DNA from: Escherichia virus TH41
Length of the DNA: 64,000 nucleotides
Sequence record: MT446412.1
Strand: one strand, 5' to 3'
Positions 36,954 through 45,994 of the stretch are shown here, one piece after another; position 1 is the first letter of the stretch, and each line of letters begins with the position of its first letter. The notes beneath the pieces are model-generated. The model was given only the letters and a program-made list of their open reading frames with translations. It was not told the DNA's origin and searched no databases. The translations under genes and the position numbers were made by a program.

Positions 36954-37445
36954 ATGAAAGTTGAAGCTGGTGATATTGTACGCGTTTCTAAAGAATCTCG
37001 TTCTAAAGCTGCTGGTCGTTTTGTTGAGGTTGTGGGTCTTCGCACTAATTTAGTAGGTGGAATTAAAGAAGTTAAAGTGCGTATTATTCCTAAAAATGGC
37101 CAGACTGAAACTCAATTGGCTTATGTACATCCTAAATTCCTGGAATCAACTGAATTTACTGGATATATCGCTCCTGTGGTTGAAGAAGTTGAAACCATTG
37201 ACCAGTCTCATGTTGGGGTTGATTTTAAATGGAAATTAGGTAAAGGTGTCTTTTTCGTTTCACCTAAACCGTTTGAATACAATTGCAAGTATGGTCCGAC
37301 TTATGAAACCACTAGCATGTCTGGTTATATCACAGACCAGTGGGTTGAAGAAGGGGTTAAACTGTATAATATTGTGTTCCTTGGAACCTTTAAGGTTGTT
37401 CCTGAAAGTTTTATCGTTGAGTATGCTGATATTCATTTTGCCTAA
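36954..37445 (+). CDS. Hypothetical protein (163 aa); size and position resemble T4 motB
   Basis: ORF track; paralogous C-terminus with 36122..36877. Confidence 0.55.
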   Translation: MKVEAGDIVRVSKESRSKAAGRFVEVVGLRTNLVGGIKEVKVRIIPKNGQTETQLAYVHPKFLESTEFTGYIAPVVEEVETIDQSHVGVDFKWKLGKGVFFVSPKPFEYNCKYGPTYETTSMSGYITDQWVEEGVKLYNIVFLGTFKVVPESFIVEYADIHFA

Positions 37446-37495
37446 ATTATAAAATAATGATAGGGTAATTTTGCCCTATCAATGAGGAGAATATT

Positions 37496-37726
37496 ATGTT
37501 TAATGAAGATTGCGTGACCACTTCCCTGACCGCTGAAGAGTTCTGGGAAACCGCTGAAAGTGATAAAGTGATTGTTAAGAAAAACATCAATGAATTTCTT
37601 TGCACCACTGATATCATTTATGTGTATGCGTATGAAGGCGCGGAATTACCTAGCTATGCACTGTTCCGTGAAGAATCAGAAGATGGCACAGATTTTTGGA
37701 AGGAGACTTATCATGTTGAAATTTGA
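37496..37726 (+). CDS. Hypothetical protein (76 aa)
   Basis: ATG preceded by GAGGAG. Confidence 0.5.
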   Translation: MFNEDCVTTSLTAEEFWETAESDKVIVKKNINEFLCTTDIIYVYAYEGAELPSYALFREESEDGTDFWKETYHVEI

Positions 37727-38087
37727 AACTGATAAATGGTATTATTTTAAAGATAATGTTGCTGAAAGCAGATTTCGTTTGTTATGCTCTGATAATGATA
37801 ATATAGCTGATGCTATAATCAATGGTGAAGGATTTAGACCAGTCGGAATTGAAGGTGGTGATGTATATCGGATAGAATTTTCGACCGGTGGAATAGAGAG
37901 AATATTCATAAAGGAAGATGAGCGTCGTTTCTTTGAAGAAGAAAAAGATGACGATACTGAAGACGAATGCGAAGACGCTGATGAAGCATTTGAACCAAGC
38001 GAATTCCCTTTGACTAAAATCACCATTTCTAATAACTCTGAAGCCTGGACCGTTTACCAGATGTTGAAAGCACACTTTAAGGAATAA
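37713..38087 (+). CDS. Hypothetical acidic protein (124 aa)
   Basis: ATG preceded by AAGGAG; track start 37572 is upstream read-through. Confidence 0.5.
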   Translation: MLKFETDKWYYFKDNVAESRFRLLCSDNDNIADAIINGEGFRPVGIEGGDVYRIEFSTGGIERIFIKEDERRFFEEEKDDDTEDECEDADEAFEPSEFPLTKITISNNSEAWTVYQMLKAHFKE

Positions 38088-38088
38088 C

Positions 38089-38265
38089 ATGCCACTTTAT
38101 GATTACAAATGCCAATCCAATGACTGCGCGAAAGAATACGAAAAAATCAAGAAAATCTCTGAAAGAGATAATGATGTTTGCCCTGATTGCCATCGGCTGG
38201 CTGTTCGGTTAGTCTCGGCTCCTAAACATGTTAATGGCGGTTTTTACGACCTGCTGACTAAGTGA
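38089..38265 (+). CDS. Zinc-ribbon protein (FmdB-like CxxC...CxxC, 58 aa)
   Basis: MPLYDYKCQSNDCAKEYE...CPDCH pattern; ATG preceded by AGGA; under track cutoff. Confidence 0.5.
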   Translation: MPLYDYKCQSNDCAKEYEKIKKISERDNDVCPDCHRLAVRLVSAPKHVNGGFYDLLTK

Positions 38266-38271
38266 GGAATT

Positions 38272-38532
38272 ATGAAATACATTAATCGTTCTATTGCAGC
38301 ACTGGTACTGGCGGTTTCATTGGCTGGTTGTACTGATGCAGATAATGCCATTCGTGTATTAGATGCAAACGGCTATGAGCAAATCCAAATCACCGGATAT
38401 AATTGGTTCTCTTGCGGTAAAGATGATTTTCAACACACAGGTTTTACAGCCGTGGGCCCAACTGGTAAGAAAGTTGAAGGAACCGTTTGTTCTGGATTGC
38501 TGTTTAAGAATTCAACCATCCGATTCGAATGA
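38272..38532 (+). CDS. Putative lipoprotein (86 aa)
   Basis: Signal peptide with lipobox LAGC. Confidence 0.5.
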   Translation: MKYINRSIAALVLAVSLAGCTDADNAIRVLDANGYEQIQITGYNWFSCGKDDFQHTGFTAVGPTGKKVEGTVCSGLLFKNSTIRFE

Positions 38533-38539
38533 GGATATT

Positions 38540-38938
38540 ATGTTTAAAATTGGAAAGAGTTATTGCATTAAAGATTTAGATGGCTTCCTTAAACATGTCG
38601 GTATGCCTGGTAGCATTTTGAACCAACAAGGAACCTCTATCATTGATTTGGTTACTACCAAAGAGTTTTCAGTCACTAAGATGGAAGCAAATGTTGTTAC
38701 GGAATTTAGTACTATAGATGGAACTGGATTTTCTTTCCATAGTCGTAATGGAACCGGTCTTATTTTTGGTGATGAATTTAAATATTTTGAAGAAGTCCCG
38801 GAATGTGATTCTGAAATAACCGAACAGGAATCAAAAGAGGATATCGTTGTTACCGGCGGCGATGTTATTATTACGGTTAAAACTGAAGCCGGCCGTCTAC
38901 AAGCTATTAAAATGTTAGAGCAGCTTCGATTCAAATAA
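38540..38938 (+). CDS. Hypothetical protein (132 aa)
   Basis: ATG preceded by GAGGA; track start 38363 is in-frame read-through. Confidence 0.5.
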   Translation: MFKIGKSYCIKDLDGFLKHVGMPGSILNQQGTSIIDLVTTKEFSVTKMEANVVTEFSTIDGTGFSFHSRNGTGLIFGDEFKYFEEVPECDSEITEQESKEDIVVTGGDVIITVKTEAGRLQAIKMLEQLRFK

Positions 38939-38957
38939 AAGGCCTTCGGGCCTTTTT
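38937..38957 (+). terminator. Rho-independent terminator (GGCC-TTCG-GGCC + T5)
   Basis: UUCG hairpin with T-run directly after stop. Confidence 0.65.
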
Positions 38958-38981
38958 GCTTTAAAATATGTGACTTATAAT
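38955..38981 (+). promoter_or_regulatory. Candidate MotA-dependent middle promoter upstream of gene 39 (TTTGCTTTA box, 14-nt gap, TATAAT)
   Basis: Exact match to remembered MotA-box consensus; TATAAT 38976-38981. Confidence 0.5.
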
Positions 38982-39006
38982 ACCTCCATACACAAGAGGA
39001 AAGATG

Positions 39007-40836
39007 ATGATTAATAATGAAATTAAAGTACTCTCGGACGTCGAGCATATCAAAAAACGTTCCGGGATGTATATTGGTTCCAGTTCAAATGAAGCGCATG
39101 AGCGATTCTTGTTTGGTGAATATAAGTCTGTAAGCTATGTTCCTGGTATTGTAAAACTGATTGATGAAATTATCGATAACTCTGTTGATGAAGCAATTCG
39201 CACCAGTTTTAAATTTGCCAATAAAATTGATGTTCAAATTAAAGATAATCAGATTTCGGTTTCTGATAATGGTCGTGGTATTCCTCAAGCAATGGTTACA
39301 GACCAAAACGGTGAACAAATCCCTGGCCCTGTTGCAGCATGGACTATTCCAAAAGCCGGTGGCAACTTCGGTGATGATGCTGAACGTAAAACTGGCGGGA
39401 TGAATGGTGTCGGGTCTTCTCTGACCAATATTTTCTCTGTATTGTTCACCGGGATTACCTCTGATGGAGCAAACGAAATTACTGTTAACTGCTCCAACGG
39501 TATGGAAAACAAAGGTTGGTCCACCAAGAAATCTAAGGGCAAAGGTACAACTGTTATATTTGTTCCAGATTTTAGTCACTTTGAAGAAAATAGTCTGTCC
39601 CAGATTTATCTGGATATTACATTGGACCGTTTACAGACTCTCGCGGTTGTTTATCCGGATATTCAGTTCACCTTTAATGGTAAAAAGGTTGATGGTAATT
39701 TCAAGAAGTTCTCCAAGCAATTCGGAACCGAAGTTGTTATCCAGGAAACTGATACAGTATCAATGGCTTTTACGACCAGCCCGGATGGTTTCCGTCAGTT
39801 GACTTATGTCAACAACATTCATACAAAGAATGGCGGACACCACGTTGAATGTGTTATGGATGATATCTGTGAACACCTTCAGCCTGCGATTAAGCGCAAA
39901 TATAAAGGCATCGAGGTGACCAAGGCACGAGTTAAAGAATGCCTCACCATGCTTATGTTCATCCGCGATATGAGCAACATGCGATTTGATTCCCAGACCA
40001 AGGAGCGATTGACTTCTCCGGCTGGTGAAATTCGAAATCACATTAAGATTGATGCTAAGAAAATCGCACAAGCTATTCTGAAAAATGAACCGCTGATTAT
40101 GCCGATTGTTGAAGCTGCATTGGCTCGTAAATTGGCTGCAGAGAAAGCAGCAGAGACCAAGGCGAATAAGAAAGCTTCGAAGGCCAAGGTGCAGAAACAC
40201 ATCAAGGCAAACGAATGGGGCAATGATAAGCTGGAAACGACTCTATTCCTGACCGAAGGGGATTCTGCAACTGGTCCATTTATCAAGGTTCGCGACCGTG
40301 AATTGCAAGGTGCTTATCCATTACGTGGTAAGTTTAAAAACACATGGGGTCTGAAAGCTGTTGAAGTTATGAAGAACGCTGAAGCCTTTGATGTGTGTGC
40401 AATTACTGGGTTAACGATTGGACAACCGGCCGAGAATATGAATTACCGAAACATTGCTATCATGACAGATGCGGATGTGGATGGTGTCGGTAGTATCTAT
40501 CCATCGTTATTGGCGTTTTTCAGTAACTGGCCAGAGTTGTTCCATGAAGGACGAATTCGCTTTGTGAAAACACCTGTTATTATTGCACAGCTCAAAGATA
40601 AACAAGAATGGTTCTATTCTCTTCCTGACTATGAAGAAGCTAAGGATAAACTTCCGAAGCACACCATCCGATATATCAAGGGGCTTGGTTCTCTGGAAGA
40701 TTCCGAGTACAAACGCGTATTGCTCGAACCGGTATTCGAAGTTGTTCAATTGCCCGACAACTGGAAAGAACTGTTCGAAATGCTATTCGGTAAAGATTCC
40801 CAGCAGCGTAAAGACTGGATGAATGCGACGCTATAA
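39007..40836 (+). CDS. 39: DNA topoisomerase II large subunit (GyrB-like), continuous equivalent of T4 gp39 + gp60
   Basis: 609 aa from second ATG; GHKL ATPase motifs; T4 gp39 is shorter and completed by gp60, here one uninterrupted ORF. Confidence 0.9.
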   Translation: MINNEIKVLSDVEHIKKRSGMYIGSSSNEAHERFLFGEYKSVSYVPGIVKLIDEIIDNSVDEAIRTSFKFANKIDVQIKDNQISVSDNGRGIPQAMVTDQNGEQIPGPVAAWTIPKAGGNFGDDAERKTGGMNGVGSSLTNIFSVLFTGITSDGANEITVNCSNGMENKGWSTKKSKGKGTTVIFVPDFSHFEENSLSQIYLDITLDRLQTLAVVYPDIQFTFNGKKVDGNFKKFSKQFGTEVVIQETDTVSMAFTTSPDGFRQLTYVNNIHTKNGGHHVECVMDDICEHLQPAIKRKYKGIEVTKARVKECLTMLMFIRDMSNMRFDSQTKERLTSPAGEIRNHIKIDAKKIAQAILKNEPLIMPIVEAALARKLAAEKAAETKANKKASKAKVQKHIKANEWGNDKLETTLFLTEGDSATGPFIKVRDRELQGAYPLRGKFKNTWGLKAVEVMKNAEAFDVCAITGLTIGQPAENMNYRNIAIMTDADVDGVGSIYPSLLAFFSNWPELFHEGRIRFVKTPVIIAQLKDKQEWFYSLPDYEEAKDKLPKHTIRYIKGLGSLEDSEYKRVLLEPVFEVVQLPDNWKELFEMLFGKDSQQRKDWMNATL

Positions 40837-40839
40837 ATA
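40832..40839 (+). promoter_or_regulatory. TATAAATA late-promoter motif overlapping gene 39 stop
   Basis: Exact TATAAATA; followed by 10-bp palindrome ACGGGAGAAT/ATTCTCCCGT and SD-ATG 40879. Confidence 0.3.
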
Positions 40840-40878
40840 GATACGGGAGAATATTCTCCCGTCTTATAGGAGAAGTCC

Positions 40879-41031
40879 ATGAAAAAGTGGTGGGTTACGT
40901 TGTCAAATGGCGAATACGGTTATCTGTGGGCCGATACTAAACCCCTGTTTGCATCCTTTGTCACCATTATGTGCGAGACCTGGGATGGTGAATACTATAC
41001 CGCGTATGGGCAAGTCTATAAAGTTGAGTAG
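40879..41031 (+). CDS. Hypothetical protein (50 aa)
   Basis: ATG preceded by AGGAGAAG; followed by terminator; under track cutoff. Confidence 0.4.
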   Translation: MKKWWVTLSNGEYGYLWADTKPLFASFVTIMCETWDGEYYTAYGQVYKVE

Positions 41032-41033
41032 CC

Positions 41034-41057
41034 AAAAGGACCTTCGGGTCCTTTTTT
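41034..41057 (+). terminator. Rho-independent terminator (GGACC-TTCG-GGTCC + T6)
   Basis: UUCG hairpin plus TTTTTT. Confidence 0.75.
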
Positions 41058-41060
41058 ATT

Positions 41061-41090
41061 ATGTACAAGCCATAAAAATTGCGTTAAGAT
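41061..41090 (+). promoter_or_regulatory. Early promoter ATGTAC-N18-TAAGAT
   Basis: Same architecture as GTGTAC family; ATG 41108 after GAGGTGAAAAT. Confidence 0.45.
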
Positions 41091-41107
41091 GTCCTTGAGG
41101 TGAAAAT

Positions 41108-41392
41108 ATGATTATGTCTGACGGAAGTTTAGTTAATCTACAGAATGTTGCTCGTTGTATTATGGAAGCAGGCCTGAGGAAGGTGCAGGAGCTCCCAGAT
41201 AGCGACAGGAAGCGAAGTTACTTGTTGGCTGTAAGAGCATCAGCCATGAGCATTAAGGCTGGCCAGAAGGTTCCTGAGGAGCGAATTGAAGCACTCCTTG
41301 CATTGATATACCATGGCCAAGAACATAAAGCTACCATGCGTAGTATGAGAAAAATATTACAGGAGATTGGAAATGACGAACTTCAAAGTTAA
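41108..41392 (+). CDS. Hypothetical protein (94 aa)
   Basis: ORF track. Confidence 0.5.
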   Translation: MIMSDGSLVNLQNVARCIMEAGLRKVQELPDSDRKRSYLLAVRASAMSIKAGQKVPEERIEALLALIYHGQEHKATMRSMRKILQEIGNDELQS

Positions 41393-41576
41393 TATGGAAC
41401 TGTTTGATAAGGCTATCCATAAAGAGTACCGTGTTATCCAACGATTTTTTGATATAAGAGAAGCTGAAGAGTTTAAAGAACGCTTCAAAGAAATCCGTAT
41501 TAAAATAGCTTCAGACACCGCAACAAAGGATGAACTTCTTGAAGTTGCAGAATTAATCAAACGTAACATAAAGTGA
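41370..41576 (+). CDS. Hypothetical protein (68 aa)
   Basis: ATG preceded by GGAG; track start 41367 is TTG. Confidence 0.45.
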   Translation, partial: EMTNFKVNMELFDKAIHKEYRVIQRFFDIREAEEFKERFKEIRIKIASDTATKDELLEVAELIKRNIK

Positions 41577-41583
41577 GAAAAAC

Positions 41584-43818
41584 ATGATTTTAGAAACTGA
41601 AAAGGAAACAATCCTTGGTAATGGTGCCAAGGCATCAGCATTCACAATCCAGGCATCTCCAAAGGTGTTTAAGATTCTGACCAGCGACCTTTATACAAAC
41701 AAGGTGCGTGCGGTTGTTCGTGAGCTGATTACCAATATGATTGATGCTCATATGCTCAATGGTTGTCAGGATAAATTCATTGTGCAAGCTCCTGGTGAAC
41801 TGGACCCACGTTTTGTATGCCGTGACTTTGGTCCGGGTATGAGTGATTTCCAGATTCGTGGTGATGAAAATACCCCAGGTCTGTATAACAGTTTCTTTGC
41901 ATCATCCAAGGCTGAATCCAACGATTTTATTGGCGGCTTTGGTCTGGGCTCTAAATCTCCGTTCAGTTATACAGAGACGTTTAGCCTGATTTCATATCAC
42001 GATGGTCAAGTTAATGGTTATGTCGCTTATATGGACGGCGATGGCCCACAGATTAAACCAACCTTTAGCGAACCAATGAAACCTGGTGACCGCACGGGGA
42101 TTGAAGTTGTTGTCCCGGTTGATAGTAATGATTTTGGTAAGTTCCGCTACGAGATTGCATATATCATGCGTCCATTTGCTGGACTGGCTGAAGTGCAAGG
42201 CGTAAGCGAAATTGAATACTTCCCGGAATTTGATGATTATTATGCTCCAGAGCGTATTAATTATAGCAGCCCAGAACGTTATGGTCTTTATGCAATTTAC
42301 GGTGGAATTGTTTATCCAATTGCCGACGGTTATACAAAGAAAACCTGGATGACTGCCAAAAACGATGTTGTCTTTATTAAGTTCCCGATGGGTTCGTTGG
42401 ATATTGCACCTTCTCGCGAAGCATTATCACTGGATAAACGTACGGTCGCAAATATCGTTGAACGTATTGAATCCCTTGATAAGAAAGTCATGGAAGATGA
42501 TTGTAAGAAATGGCAGGAATCAGAATGTATCCGCCACACGTATCGCGAATTACAGAGTCTGAGTTATGAAGCTCGTAATTTTCTGAAAGCTCGTAATGCT
42601 GAAACGAAATTTACGAAATCGCAATTGACCTTTAACCAGATGTATGAAATGTTCGAGCTGGACAAAGACCTTATTAATGCCGGGGTTGTCTATGATATCT
42701 ATAGCACTACCCGTCTGAAACGTCTGCGTAACTCAAGCTCGAACACGAATACTGCAAGTCTGACGAGCATGTTTGGTATTCAGAATAATACCTTGAACAT
42801 TGTTATTGACGATGCTAAAGGGCGAATTGCGATGATTCGTGGTATCAGTTCAATGCTATATGACACCAGCGCGAAAGCCAAAAAGCTCAAAGCATCTGGT
42901 AAAGTCCCGACTGTACAAGGTAGTAGTCTATTGTTCGTTGACCCAACCAGCGAAATTCAAACACGTCTGATGGTTCAACTTCAAGAACGATTTAAAGGCG
43001 ATACAGTTAATATCTATCGTACGTCTGAACTGACCGCCCTTGTAAAAGACTGGATTCCGGTTGCTGACCCGAAAGCGCGCGTTAAGTCAAAGACTCCATC
43101 ATTGATTCGTTGGACTAAAACTAATGGCAAATGGCAGTCTGTTGAAGAATTTACATGTGCAGCTGATGCAGAGGAAATCGATGGTTATGCTGTATTCATT
43201 AACCGCAGTAGCATTTCCCCGTTGAATCAAGAATATGGCACCACGACCTTCGGGACCCAGACATTGTGTAAACTGGCAAACCTGTTGGAAATCAATGAAT
43301 TCTGTGTTATTCGTCCACAGCTTCAGAAAAAGATTACCAAGCTGGCGCAGTGTGATTGTCTGATTGAAGCTGCAGTCAATCGTTATGTGGAATTGATTGA
43401 TGCGGTTGATGCGGACCAGTACATTGCCGCTTCAAGCCGTTCGCGTTATTATATTCCTATCCTGTCTGAATATGCAGAACTGAATTTTATGTTCAAGTAT
43501 TTTTATGCAAAAGATGTTCAGAAAGATGTGAATACTGACTATGCCGAATTAATGCAGTTCAATAAGTTCTTTGCTTATAACGCATATAACAGTGGAACAG
43601 TTGATAAGACCATGCAGGAAACTCTGGTCCTTTGTAATAAGATTTATGACGACCTGACCAAAAACGCTTCGGTAACAAGCGATAAAATGGTTTTTGAATT
43701 TGAAAAGAATCACCCGATTGTTTCACACTTTTTATATAACCGTAACGCCATGTCAACTGAACAAGTACAGAACGTTGCTCAAATCATGAAGGCCGTGGAA
43801 GCGGCCAATAAGGAATAA
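41584..43818 (+). CDS. rIIA: rIIA protein (membrane-associated, GHKL ATPase-like N-terminal domain)
   Basis: 744 aa; N-terminal HATPase-like motifs; follows gene 39 and precedes rIIB as in T4. Confidence 0.85.
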   Translation: MILETEKETILGNGAKASAFTIQASPKVFKILTSDLYTNKVRAVVRELITNMIDAHMLNGCQDKFIVQAPGELDPRFVCRDFGPGMSDFQIRGDENTPGLYNSFFASSKAESNDFIGGFGLGSKSPFSYTETFSLISYHDGQVNGYVAYMDGDGPQIKPTFSEPMKPGDRTGIEVVVPVDSNDFGKFRYEIAYIMRPFAGLAEVQGVSEIEYFPEFDDYYAPERINYSSPERYGLYAIYGGIVYPIADGYTKKTWMTAKNDVVFIKFPMGSLDIAPSREALSLDKRTVANIVERIESLDKKVMEDDCKKWQESECIRHTYRELQSLSYEARNFLKARNAETKFTKSQLTFNQMYEMFELDKDLINAGVVYDIYSTTRLKRLRNSSSNTNTASLTSMFGIQNNTLNIVIDDAKGRIAMIRGISSMLYDTSAKAKKLKASGKVPTVQGSSLLFVDPTSEIQTRLMVQLQERFKGDTVNIYRTSELTALVKDWIPVADPKARVKSKTPSLIRWTKTNGKWQSVEEFTCAADAEEIDGYAVFINRSSISPLNQEYGTTTFGTQTLCKLANLLEINEFCVIRPQLQKKITKLAQCDCLIEAAVNRYVELIDAVDADQYIAASSRSRYYIPILSEYAELNFMFKYFYAKDVQKDVNTDYAELMQFNKFFAYNAYNSGTVDKTMQETLVLCNKIYDDLTKNASVTSDKMVFEFEKNHPIVSHFLYNRNAMSTEQVQNVAQIMKAVEAANKE

Positions 43819-43819
43819 T

Positions 43820-44794
43820 ATGTTTAATATCAAATGTATGTCTAAAGCCGAACAAGCTGATGTGGTCCAGATGTATTCAACGGGCAATTATACCCAGCCT
43901 GAATTGGCAGAATATTTTGCTGTGTCCGTTGACACCATTCGTCGCGTTTTGAAAAATGATAAAGAATCAAAATTAGCTAAAACCATTTCTGCATCACTGA
44001 AAGCCGCTGTCGGGGTGGCGATTAATGCTCCGGTGACAGTAACGGTTGAAGTCCCGGTTGTTGAAGATACAATCGGCGGTAGCCGTCCAGAAATCGTATG
44101 GAACGCCTCAAGCAAATTCGTTTCCATCACTGAAGGTCGTACAGTCTGGAACGCAACAAAAGACCATAAACACTTTGATGATATTATTCAGGCACTCAAA
44201 GAATCTCGTTTTGATGATGCTATCGAGTTTATCTCAATCAAAGCTGCAGTACAAAAATATGTGAAAGGTGATGTGCGTATTGAAGGTGGTAGTTTGTTCT
44301 ATCAGGGAATTGAACTGCGCTCTGGCCTGGTTACTCGTATCATTGATTCAATGCAAAATGGCGAAGACTTTGAATTCTATCTACCGTTCCTTGAGAATCT
44401 CCTTGAGAACCCGAGTGAGAAAGCCGTACAGCGTTTGTTTGACTTCCTGGTTGCGAACGATATCGAAATCACCGAAGACGGCCATTTCATCGCATGGAAA
44501 ATGGTTCGTGCAACTTACAAAGATTGTCACTCAAACACATTCGACAACAGCCCTGGTCAATATGTTAAAATGCCGCGCTCTCGTGTGAATGATAATGACG
44601 AACAGACCTGTTCAACCGGGTTGCATGTTTGCTCTAAAGGCTATATCGGAAGTGGTTTTGGTCATGGTGATGGACGCATCGTATCCTGTAAAGTTCACCC
44701 GCGTGATGTTGTAAGTATCCCGGTTGATTATAACGATTCCAAAATGCGGGTCTGTGGTTACCTGGTTCTTGATGATGTAACTGAACAATTCTAA
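43820..44794 (+). CDS. rIIB: rIIB protein
   Basis: 324 aa; N-terminus MFNIKCMSKAEQADVVQMYSTGNYTQPELAEYFAVSVDTIRRVLKN matches remembered T4 rIIB. Confidence 0.85.
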   Translation: MFNIKCMSKAEQADVVQMYSTGNYTQPELAEYFAVSVDTIRRVLKNDKESKLAKTISASLKAAVGVAINAPVTVTVEVPVVEDTIGGSRPEIVWNASSKFVSITEGRTVWNATKDHKHFDDIIQALKESRFDDAIEFISIKAAVQKYVKGDVRIEGGSLFYQGIELRSGLVTRIIDSMQNGEDFEFYLPFLENLLENPSEKAVQRLFDFLVANDIEITEDGHFIAWKMVRATYKDCHSNTFDNSPGQYVKMPRSRVNDNDEQTCSTGLHVCSKGYIGSGFGHGDGRIVSCKVHPRDVVSIPVDYNDSKMRVCGYLVLDDVTEQF

Positions 44795-44801
44795 ATTAAT
44801 C

Positions 44802-44815
44802 GGGGCTTCGGCCCC
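44802..44815 (+). promoter_or_regulatory. UUCG-tetraloop hairpin (GGGGC-TTCG-GCCCC), no U-tract
   Basis: Identical hairpin sequence to 14136-14149. Confidence 0.55.
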
Positions 44816-44827
44816 TAATGAGGCTTT

Positions 44828-45025
44828 ATGTTAGGTTTCCAAGCACGTGTAGTTGAAGAACATGACCAGCTGGTTTTGAAAATCAATGCTCTTGAAGAAT
44901 TTATTAAGGGCGGTGTTTTTGAAACTCTCGATGCTCGTCAACAAGGTCTTTTGATTGCCCAGTTAGATGCGATGGGCGCATATGCTCATATTCTGGCAAC
45001 TCGTATCTCTTATTTTGGTGAATAA
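44828..45025 (+). CDS. Hypothetical protein (65 aa)
   Basis: ATG preceded by GAGG. Confidence 0.5.
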   Translation: MLGFQARVVEEHDQLVLKINALEEFIKGGVFETLDARQQGLLIAQLDAMGAYAHILATRISYFGE

Positions 45026-45028
45026 ATT

Positions 45029-45349
45029 ATGATTAACTATATGAACGTTGGCGATGAATCTATTAATGAAATTCGGTTGCATGGTAATCATGTTGCGGAT
45101 ATTGTTTATTGTGTTGATTGTCATTATGCTTCTACAAAGTCAACTGGCCGGTTATATGCGAGAGACATCATTCTTGCAACGAAAGAAGAACTTCGTAGTC
45201 TGGACCATTCTACTCTAGCCGAAAGTGCCAGAATTTATTATGGCGTCGTTCATGTAGACAAAGTTTATATTGGCAGTGATTATCAAGAGCAAGCTGAGCA
45301 AAATTCTTTGGATATTGTCGAAAAATCCGATATGTATTTTAAAGGATGA
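45029..45349 (+). CDS. Hypothetical protein (106 aa)
   Basis: ORF track. Confidence 0.5.
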   Translation: MINYMNVGDESINEIRLHGNHVADIVYCVDCHYASTKSTGRLYARDIILATKEELRSLDHSTLAESARIYYGVVHVDKVYIGSDYQEQAEQNSLDIVEKSDMYFKG

Positions 45350-45353
45350 GCTG

Positions 45354-45947
45354 ATGATTCAGAAGAGTAAAACATGGGAGCATCTGAAAAAGATGCCCTC
45401 CTTTCTTTATACAAAGGAAGACTTAACCCCCGAATCCCTGCAAAAGATTGTAGATACAGCCAGGTATTCATTGCGTAAAGACCCGGGTCAGGACCGTGAG
45501 CAAGTCATGCAAAGATGTATGGTGGCTACAATGGCTGAACAAGCTATTGCTAAATGGACTTCAGGTTTTTTATGTGGCGGTGATGAAGATTACGATAATC
45601 CTTATTCCTTTGCATTTGATGTAGTTTCGAAGGAAGGGGTAAGAATCGAAGTCAAGACTCATCAGTCTGGTTCCAAATGGATATCCGTACATACTGGTCA
45701 CCAGGGTGATTATCCACATGGTTACGGGGTTAATCTTGGCCCTTTTATGCAGCACAAGCTTGCTGACCTTATGATTATGTTTAATGTAAAAGAGACTCTC
45801 AAAGGTTATAGATTTAAACCAAAATTCCTTGCTGGGCCTGGTGCTTTCGTTCCTGAGTCTGGTCTTGTGCAGAAATCACAAGGGGATGGCTGGTACCTCC
45901 GTTCTTGTTCAGAAGAAAAATTTCCCTATCACCGGTTTACAAGCTGA
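45354..45947 (+). CDS. Hypothetical protein (197 aa); size and position compatible with T4 denB
   Basis: ATG preceded by GGATGAG; no sequence-level recognition. Confidence 0.5.
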   Translation: MIQKSKTWEHLKKMPSFLYTKEDLTPESLQKIVDTARYSLRKDPGQDREQVMQRCMVATMAEQAIAKWTSGFLCGGDEDYDNPYSFAFDVVSKEGVRIEVKTHQSGSKWISVHTGHQGDYPHGYGVNLGPFMQHKLADLMIMFNVKETLKGYRFKPKFLAGPGAFVPESGLVQKSQGDGWYLRSCSEEKFPYHRFTS

Positions 45948-45964
45948 ACCAACTGTGTAATAAT
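45935..45964 (+). promoter_or_regulatory. Early promoter GTTTAC-N17-TAATAAT
   Basis: Inside 3' end of previous ORF; followed by RBS-containing hairpin. Confidence 0.4.
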
Positions 45965-45991
45965 GTCCTCATACCAACAAATGAGGACATT
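45962..45991 (+). promoter_or_regulatory. Perfect 11-bp stem-loop (AATGTCCTCAT/ATGAGGACATT) with the SD GAGGA in its 3' arm
   Basis: Read directly; ATG 45995 is 3 nt after the stem. Confidence 0.6.
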
Positions 45992-45994
45992 ATC

